In this document: piece by piece, positions 56,406 through 64,000 of the stretch
Numbering within the stretch: the stretch's first letter is position 1
Layout: each line of letters starts with the position of its first letter
Assembly (NCBI GenBank): GCA_963707395.1
Contig: CAVPPQ010000006.1
Span: forward strand, 298 to 64,297
Source: an uncultured Chloroflexia bacterium
GTDB taxonomy: Bacteria > Chloroflexota > Limnocylindria > Limnocylindrales > CSP1-4
DNA: 64,000 nt
Reading direction: 5' to 3'
The notes under the pieces: generated by a model
Databases searched by the model: none
What the model was told of the DNA's origin: nothing
Seen by the model: only the letters and a program-made list of their open reading frames with translations
Translations under genes and position numbers: made by a program

Positions 56406-58156
56406 ATGGCCGAGCTGACAGCCCCGCTACCACTGGCTCGTCGCCGACGCCGCACGCGCTCGTCCGACGGCCACCGTCGCGGATGCCCGCGCGCCGCGGC
56501 CTCTCGGCCCGGGCCCTGCGCGTGCTGTCGCGCCGCGGCCCGGTGGATGCCGCGCGAGCTCTCGCGGCGCGCTTCGACGAGCCGGAGGCCGGCCTGCACG
56601 ACCCGCGCGCTGCTGCCGGACGCCGACGCCGTCGCTGCGACCGCGTCGACGCGAGCCGCGCGGGCCGGGCGAGTCGGTCCTCGTCCTCGGCGACTTCGAT
56701 GCCGACGGCCTGACCGGGCTGGCCATCCTCGTCCGAGGCGCTGCGCTGGCCTGGGCCTGGACGTCGAGCCGTACGTGCCCGCATCGGACGGCGGAGGGCC
56801 ACGGGCTCTCGATGGCCGCGGTCGAGCGGCGCGCGCGGCCGGCCACGGGCTCATCATGACCGCGGACACCGGCTCCACGAGCGTCGCCGAGGTCGCGGCC
56901 GCGCGGCCGGCCGGCATCGACGTCATCGTCACCGACCACCACGTGCTGGGCCCGGACGCTGCCGGACGCCGTCGCCCTCGTCAACCCGCACCGCCCGGAC
57001 AGCCGCTATCCGGACCGTCGGCTCTCCGGCGCCGGGGTCGCCTTCAAGGTCGCGCAGCTGCTCCTGGCGGACGCGCCGGGCGGCGCCGAGGCCGCGCTCG
57101 GGCTGGCGGACCTGGCGGCCATCGGGTCGATCGCGGACGTCGTGCCCCTCGACGGCGAGAACCGCGCCATCGTGCGCCTCGGCCTGCGCCGGCTCGAGCG
57201 AGGCGCCCCGCCCCGGTCTGGCGGCCCTGCTCGCCGTCGGCGCGGCGTCGACACGGATGACGTGTCGACCGGACGACATCTCCTTCGGCCTGGCGCCGCG
57301 CATCAACGCCATGGGCCGCGTCGGCGACCCGGCCGTCGCGGCGGCGCTGCTGCTGGCCGCGATGACGCCGACGGCGGCCGCGGCTCGCCGCCCAGCTCGA
57401 GGCCGCCAACCGCCAGCGCCGGGAGCTGACCGCGACAGCCATCGCGGAGGCGCGGGCGAGGCCTGGACGGAGCCGACGGATGACGCCTTCATCGTGCTCG
57501 ACGGGGACTGGCCGGTCGGCATCATCGGCCTCGTGGCCGGCCGCCTCGCCGAGGAGACCGGCCGCCCCGTCCTGGTCCTCTCGACCGCCGTCGAGCCCGT
57601 GGCGCGGCTCGGCACGCAGCGCCGGTGGCGTCGACCTGGCGGCCGCGTTCGCGGCCTGCGGCGACCTCCTCGAGCGTCACGGCGGCCATCCCGCCGCCGC
57701 CGGCTGCCACGTCGACGCCGGCAGCACGTCCCGGAGCTGCGGTCCCGGCTCGCCGACTTCGCCGCGCGACCAGCCCGCCGGCGGACCGCCGACCGACCCT
57801 CGCGCATCGACCTCGTCCAGAGCGCAGCTTGCGGCGGATTACGTACTCTTGCGGGAGTTGGCACCGCTGGAGGACGCCGTGAGGCGCCCTCCGCTCGTCG
57901 GCATCGCGGGCCTGGTCGTGGTTCGGGTCCGTGTCGCGAACGGTGGCCACACCCAGCTCACGCTGCGCAGAGGACGGACGTGGTCGACGGCATCTGCTTC
58001 GGTCGCGCCGACCTCGCGGAGCAGCTCAGGGAGGGTCTCGAGATCGACGTCGTGGCGCGCCTCGCCAGCCGGACCTTCGCGGGACTGGAGACGCTCCAGC
58101 TGGAGGTGCGGGACGCCGCAGTGGCGGGCACGCTCGCGGCCTCCGGGCCGCTATGA
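56406..58156 (+). CDS. recJ: ssDNA-specific exonuclease RecJ (frameshifted)
   Basis: GDFDADG, TADTG, VTDHH, GAGVAFK, IADVVPL.GENR, PRINA.GR, GSARS, GGHPAAAG. Confidence 0.92.
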
Positions 58157-58223
58157 CGGCAGCCAGTCGGGATGCGGTGACCGCAGCCAGCCCGGCCGCA
58201 CCGGTGAGCCGGAGCGTCCAGGC

Positions 58224-59726
58224 GTGACGGGTCGCCCGCCCGTTCCTCCGCCTGGCGGTGGCGCCTACCCGCCTGATCGGCCGCCGGTCGGCTACGGGCG
58301 CGTCCCGACGGCAGGGCCAGCGGGCTCCCGGAGCCCGTCTATCGCCCGCCGTATCTTCCGGCACAGGAGCCCTTGCCGCCTCGCTCCCGACCACCGCGCA
58401 ACTCACCCGTCCTGGCGCCGCTGCTGGCGTTCATCGGCCTGCTGCTCGTGGGCGCCGGAAGCGTGGCGGCCCTGACCTTCCTGAACGTGGACCTTGGGCA
58501 GGAGGAGCCCGTCGCCTCCGCGGAACCTTCCCCGGGGGCCGCCGCAGCCTCGCTGGATCCAGGCGTCGCGGCCGTCGGAGACAGACAGGCCAGTCATCGT
58601 GGAGCCAGAAGCCTCGGAACTCCCCGACTATCGTGGAGCCGCCACCTGACCAGCGGGCGGACGTGAAGGGCACCATCGTCTTCAGCCGGGCTGGGGACAT
58701 CTGGGCAGCGACCGGCCGCGAACTGGATCGACTCACCGATGCTGACGCCACCAAGTCCGACTCGAGCCCCACCTGGTCGCCGGATGGGAAGCGCGTCTAC
58801 TTCATCCGCACCACGCAGCGGCCGACGACCGACTCGAGCGGCCGGCGGCCTCTACACCCTCTACGTCACGGATGTCTGGCGCATGAAGGCGGATGGCTCC
58901 AATCGCGAGAAGGTCTACGACTCGCTCATCAAGGACGCCGCGGCACCTGGTTCAGCCACGTCCTGCAGCCTCGACGTCAGCCCGATGGCGACACGCTCGC
59001 CGTCGTCAGCGACGGACCGGACGGCAGCGGGCCGAGTGGCACGCTGCACCTCGTCAACATCCGCAGCGGGCGCATGAGCAAGGTGGCCACCCCGCCGACG
59101 GCGACCTGGGACACAACGACCCCGCCTTCAGCCCCGATGGACAGCAAGATCGCCTTCACCTACAACAACGCCCAGGGCGACGGACGGCGTGCCCACGCAT
59201 CGGCATCCATACCTGCCAGACGCGCCGCAACTGCACCGCTGGACCGCACGAAGCTGCCTGCGGCCCGGCTACGCCCATCCGTCGTGGTCGCCGGACGGCG
59301 AGCTGGCTCGCCGTCGAGGCCACCCGGGGCACGGGCCGTGACATCGTCATCATCGACCCGCGCCGCGGGGACGTCCGCGTCGCGCTCACCGACGACGGCG
59401 ACAGCTTCGCCCCGGTCGTCTCGCCCGACGGCGACCAGATCGCCTACCTGCACCGCGACGGCGTCGACATCGACGTGCGCGTCATGACCCTGGACATCGC
59501 CGAGCGACGGCAAGATCACCCTGCGTGGAGGACCGCCCGGTGACCGACGACGGCAGCATCGACGGCGAGTCCGCCCCCGAGTGGTTCATCCCTGCCGACC
59601 AGCTCCCGGCAGACGTCGACGCCGCGACCGCACGGACGCCGGCCTCGCCAGCGCGGCCCCGCGTCGAGCCCGGCGGGCCTTACGCCGCCGACGGAGCGCC
59701 ACCTCCGCCCGGCCGACGGCTCGTAG
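58224..59726 (+). CDS. Membrane-anchored TolB-like (PD40) beta-propeller protein (frameshifted; ends approximate)
   Basis: Pro-rich N-terminus, TM, repeats PTWSPDG, PAFSPDG, PSWSPDG, PVVSPDG. Confidence 0.8.
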
Positions 59727-59809
59727 CGTCACGGCTCGCCGCCCGTGTGGCGTCACGGGCTCGGGTGCTAGCGATGGCCAAGAGTCGAGCCACGTCGTCG
59801 GAGGATCGC

Positions 59810-60162
59810 ATGGGACTCCCGAACATCGGGCCCGTCGAGCTCATCATCATCCTCGCCGTCGCTGCTGCTGGTCGTCGGTCCGCGGCGGCTGCCCGGAGAT
59901 GGGCAACGCCGTCGGCAAGACCATCCGGGAGTTCCGCAAGGCCTCCTCGGACATCACGGATGCCGCGACCGGACGTCGACGCGAAGCCGGTCCGCCTGCT
60001 GCGGCAGCCACCGTGACAGCGGCAGCCTCGCTTCGCCGGCCCCGGCCCGCACCGGCGCTGCCGCAGCCGAGCCTCCGACCCGCCACGGCAGCCCGCTCCC
60101 CGATGCGCCACCGACGGCTGCACCGGCCGAGGCCAGTCCGCTGCCGTCGAACGACGCCGTAG
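59810..60162 (+). CDS. tatA: Twin-arginine translocase TatA/E (frameshifted)
   Basis: MGLPNIGPVELIIIL...GP.RLPEMG.AVGKTIREFRKA. Confidence 0.88.
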
Positions 60163-60215
60163 CCCCTCGGCACGGACACGACCGACGAGCCCGTCCCGCC
60201 AGGCGTGACCGCGCC

Positions 60216-61055
60216 ATGAGCGCGGACAACGGGCGGCACCCGATGACCGACGTCATGGAGGCCGAGGCCGCGCTCCCGGACGACATCGCGGCCCCGGATG
60301 CCAGCGGCGAGCCGGCGCACCATGCCGCTCGTCGACCACCTCTCGGAGCTGCGCCGACGCGTCGCCATCAGCGTCGTGGCCGTCGCTCGTCGGCGCGGCC
60401 CTCGGCTTCATGCTCGCGCCGAGCGATCATCACGCTGCTGCTCACGCCGCTGCCGGACGGCGAGGTCGTCTTCCTGACGCTCTCGGGCGGCTTCATGGTC
60501 TACCTGCGGGTGGCCGTCATCGTGGGCCTCCTGCTGGCGCTGCCCGGTCATCCTCTACCAGGCTGTGGGCCTTCGTGGCACCCGGGCTGCACGCCGCGAG
60601 GAGCGCCGCGCGGCGCTGCCCTGGATCCCGATGAGCGTGGTCTTCTTCCTGCTGGGCACGCTCGTGGCCTACGTCACGCTGCCCTACGCGGTCGGCTTCC
60701 TGCTCGGCTTCCAGATCGAGGGCGCGCTCGTGGCGCTGCCCAGCGCAGAGGCCTACTTCGGCTTCGTGACCATCATCTTCCTCGTCTTCGGGCTGGTCAT
60801 GCAGTTCCCCATCGTGCTCGTCTTCCTCGACCGAGCTGGGCATCCTGAGCGTCGAGCAGCTGCACGCCATGCGCCGCTACGTGCTGCTGGGCGTCGTCAT
60901 CTTCGCGGTCGTCGTCACGCCCGGCGGCGACCCCATCAGCCCGCTCGTGCTGGCGGGCACGATGTACGTGCTGTACGAGTTCACCATCTTGCTGCTGTCG
61001 CGGCGCCGCCGCGGCGAGCCGGCACGGATGCCAGCATGGAGGCCGTCGATGCTGA
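60216..61055 (+). CDS. tatC: Twin-arginine translocase TatC (frameshifted)
   Basis: [40 protein letters not shown]. Confidence 0.9.
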
Positions 61056-61966
61056 GCTGCTGCCTCCCGGCGCGCGCCGCCGGGCGGCCAGCACGTGGCC
61101 ATCATCACCGGGCCTCTCGGGCGCCGGCAAGACCGCCACCAGCAAGATCTTCGAGGACCTCGGCTACACCGTCGTGGACAACGTGCCCAGCGACGCTGCT
61201 GCGCGACCTCGCGGAGCTCGTGGCCAACGACCCGGAGCGCTACGACCGCGTGGCCATCGTCCTCGACGTCCGCCAGGGCGACGCGCCGCTCGCGCTCGGC
61301 GCGGCGCTGGGGGCGCTCCACGGTCGCGGACATCGAGCCCCAGGTCTTCTTCCTCGAGGCGAGCGACGAGGTCCTCATCCGGCGCTACTCGGAGACGCGC
61401 CATCGCCATCCCGCTCGACACCGAGAACGACGGCGTCGCGTCGGCCATCGCCCGCGAGCGCGCGATGCTCGAGGACGTCCGCGACGATGGCCCAGGTGAT
61501 CATCGACACCACCGACCTGTCCTTCAAGCAGCTGCGCGAGCGCATCATGGCCGCGCTCGGCGCGCAGCCCGGGCCCGACGCAGCTCTCGCTCCAGGTCAT
61601 CAGCTTCGGCTACAAGTACGGCGTGCCGCTGGAGGCGGACCTCGTCTTCGACGTGCGCTTCATGGAGAACCCGTTCTACCGACCGGAGCTGCGCGAGCCT
61701 CTCCGGGCCTGACCGAGCCCGTGCGCGACGTTCGTGCTGGGCCAGCCCATCACCCAGCGGTTCCTGCAGCACCTCGACGAGCTCTTCGCCATCGCTCATC
61801 CCGGCCTACCTGGCCGAGGGCAAGACGCGCCTCACCATCGCCATCGGCTGCACCGGCGGGTTCCATCGCTCGGTGGCCATCGGCGAGGCGCTCGCCGCGC
61901 AGCTGGCGCGACCTGGACCTGGGCCCCGTGAGCGTCTGGCACCGGGAGCTCGAGAAGCGCCGATGA
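61036..61966 (+). CDS. rapZ: RNase adapter RapZ (frameshifted; start approximate)
   Basis: [53 protein letters not shown]. Confidence 0.92.
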
Positions 61967-63314
61967 CGTCACGGGGGGCGCAGGGCCGCGCTGGGCGCCG
62001 GCTGCGCCGCTGGCTGCGCCCGGGCACCGGCGTCAAGCGCTGGCTGCTGGTGATGTTCCTCGGGCTCACCATCCTGGCCACGGCCGGCGCGCTGGTCATC
62101 CGCATCGCTCTTCCGCGAGCGTGCCCGCGGACAGCCTCGCTGGGCCAGCTCTTCGAGCGTCGTGAGCCTCAACTTCCTGCCCGGCCGCGCTGCGGCCCCT
62201 GCTGGTCATCGGCGATCGGCGTCGGCATCTTCCTCTACGGCCTGCTGGCGCCTGCTGGGGGTGCTGCTGGAGCCGTTCCCGGCGCGCCGCGAGCCGCTCG
62301 TCGAGCTCGTCTACCAGAAGCGCTCGCTGGCGCGCGGTCCGCGCATCGTGGCCATCGGCGGCGGGACCGGCCTGTCGACGCTGCTGCGCGGCCTCAAGGA
62401 GATCAGCAGCAACATCACGGCGGTCGTGACCGTGGCCGACGACGGCGGCTCGTCGGGCAAGCTGCGCCAGGAGCTGGGCGTGCCGCCGGTGGGCGACATC
62501 CGCAACTGCATCGCGGCGCTGGCGGACGCGGAGCCGACCATGACCAGCCTGCTGCAGTACCGCTTCCCGGCCGACGCGAGGCAGAGCCGGGCCTGGCCGG
62601 CCACGCCTTCGGCAACCTGCTCATCGCCGCCCTGGCGGACATCGCGGGCGACTTCGAGGAGGGCGTGCGGCAGTCCAACCGCGTGCTCGCGGTGCGCGGC
62701 CAGGTCGTGCCGGTGGCGCCGTGCCGCTGACCTCCACGCCGAGCTGGCCGACGGCACGCAGCTCGCGGGCCAGTCGCGGATCATGCGCTCGCGCGGCATC
62801 CGGCGGGTCTGGCTCAGCCCGGCCGCGCGTGGAGGCCAGCGCGGAGGCGGTCGAGGCGATCCGCGTCGCGGACCTCATCGTCATCGGTCCCGGCAGCCTC
62901 TACACCAGCCTGCTGCCCAGCCTGCTGGTGCCCGGCATCCGCTCGGCGCTCGAGGCGCGCGACGGCCTGCGCGTCTACGTCTGCAACGTGGCCACGCAGC
63001 CCGGCGAGACCGAGGGCTACACGCTCTCGGAGCACCTCGCGGCGCTGCACGCCCACGACGTGGGCACGCTCGTCGACGTCGTCCTCGCCAACGACGACCA
63101 GCGACGCCCGCGTGCCGGAGGACTACCCCGCGGCAGCCGGTGCGCATCGACCTGCCGGCCGGCGGCGCGCGTCCGCGCCTCGTGCTCGCCGGCGTCGTGG
63201 ACCCGGCGAACGCGCACCGCCACGACCCGCGGCGCCTGGCGGACGGCCCTCGTGCGCCTGCTCGACGCGCACCCGCGGTGGCGCGGCCCCGTGGCGCCCG
63301 TGCGCAGCGCCTGA
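61963..63314 (+). CDS. yvcK: YvcK/GlmR family protein with N-terminal TMs (frameshifted)
   Basis: [55 protein letters not shown]. Confidence 0.92.
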
Positions 63315-63327
63315 GCGACGGCGCGCC

Positions 63328-64000
63328 GTGGCAGACTCCCGACCGCGACGCTCGTGCGAGGCCATCCGCGCCGAGCTCGCGGCCATCGACCCGCCGCGCG
63401 CCTGCTGCCGGGCCGCCGAGCGAGCCGGCCTGGGGGCTGCGGCCCGCGGCCGCGCCCGCTCCCCGTGGTGGCGCGACTGGCGGTCCGCCTCGACCGACCG
63501 CAGGATCGCTGACCGCCGGGACCTCCGCGAGCCGCTCGGCTTCGACTGGGAGCCGCGCGCGGACCACTGCCGCGTCGCCTGGCTGCGCGGCCGCTTCCTC
63601 GCCGCGGGCTCGCTGAGCCTCGGAGCGCGCGGCGCGCACCTCGAGCTCGTCGTGCCACCCGCGGAGGCGGACGAGCTGGCGCGACGCCTCGAGGAGGCCG
63701 GCTTCCCGGCCGCCCTGCGGCTGCGCCGCGGTCGCGGGGTCGTCGACCTGGAAGCGCACCGAGACCATCCTCGCCTTCCTGCGCTCCTGCGGCGCGAGCG
63801 CCAGCGTCCTGGAGCTCGAGTCGCGCCTCGTCATGCGCCAGCTGCAGGGCCACCTCAACCGGGTCCTCAACGCCGAGACGGCCAACCTGAGCGGAGCGGT
63901 GGCCTCCAGCGCCCGCCACATCGCCATCATCGATCAGCTCGAGGCGGAGGGCCGGCTCGCGGAGCTGCCGGACGTCGACCGCAGGGTGGCGGCTGAGCGC
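63328..64000 (+). CDS. whiA: WhiA DNA-binding protein (frameshifted; runs off window)
   Basis: IRAELA...[32 protein letters not shown]; follows rapZ-yvcK. Confidence 0.88.

Overview
GC-rich bacterial chromosome. Gene content and style (QPxTDT-tailed surface proteins, XRE-nuclease fusion, GAAC-N4-GTTC SOS boxes, many leaderless genes) suggest a monoderm Chloroflexota; this is an inference. 1-8.5 kb: two very large DUF11/DUF7507-repeat surface proteins, each ending in Gly-spacer + QP(P/S)TDT + TM + basic tail, next to a sortase-fold protein whose catalytic positions read His/Ser/Lys instead of His/Cys/Arg. This is the best candidate for an undescribed system. 8.7-15.6 kb: HD-GYP response regulator, PlsC, Zn-ADH, PASTA-GH25 muramidase, an IS remnant, and an XRE-nuclease gene with flanking repeats. 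15.6-64 kb is mostly housekeeping: dnaE, P-type ATPase, RibD-like reductase, AAC(3), tRNA-Leu(CAA) followed by a LAGLIDADG-like gene, corA, ECF sigma/anti-sigma, polA-mutM-ABC-F-coaE, cpaB, uvrB, uvrA, UvrD-like helicase, uvrC, secD-secF-recJ-TolB-like-tatA-tatC, rapZ-yvcK-whiA. From about 44.6 kb most genes (and every gene from about 50 kb) carry single-base indels, consistent with long-read consensus error, so coordinates there are approximate.
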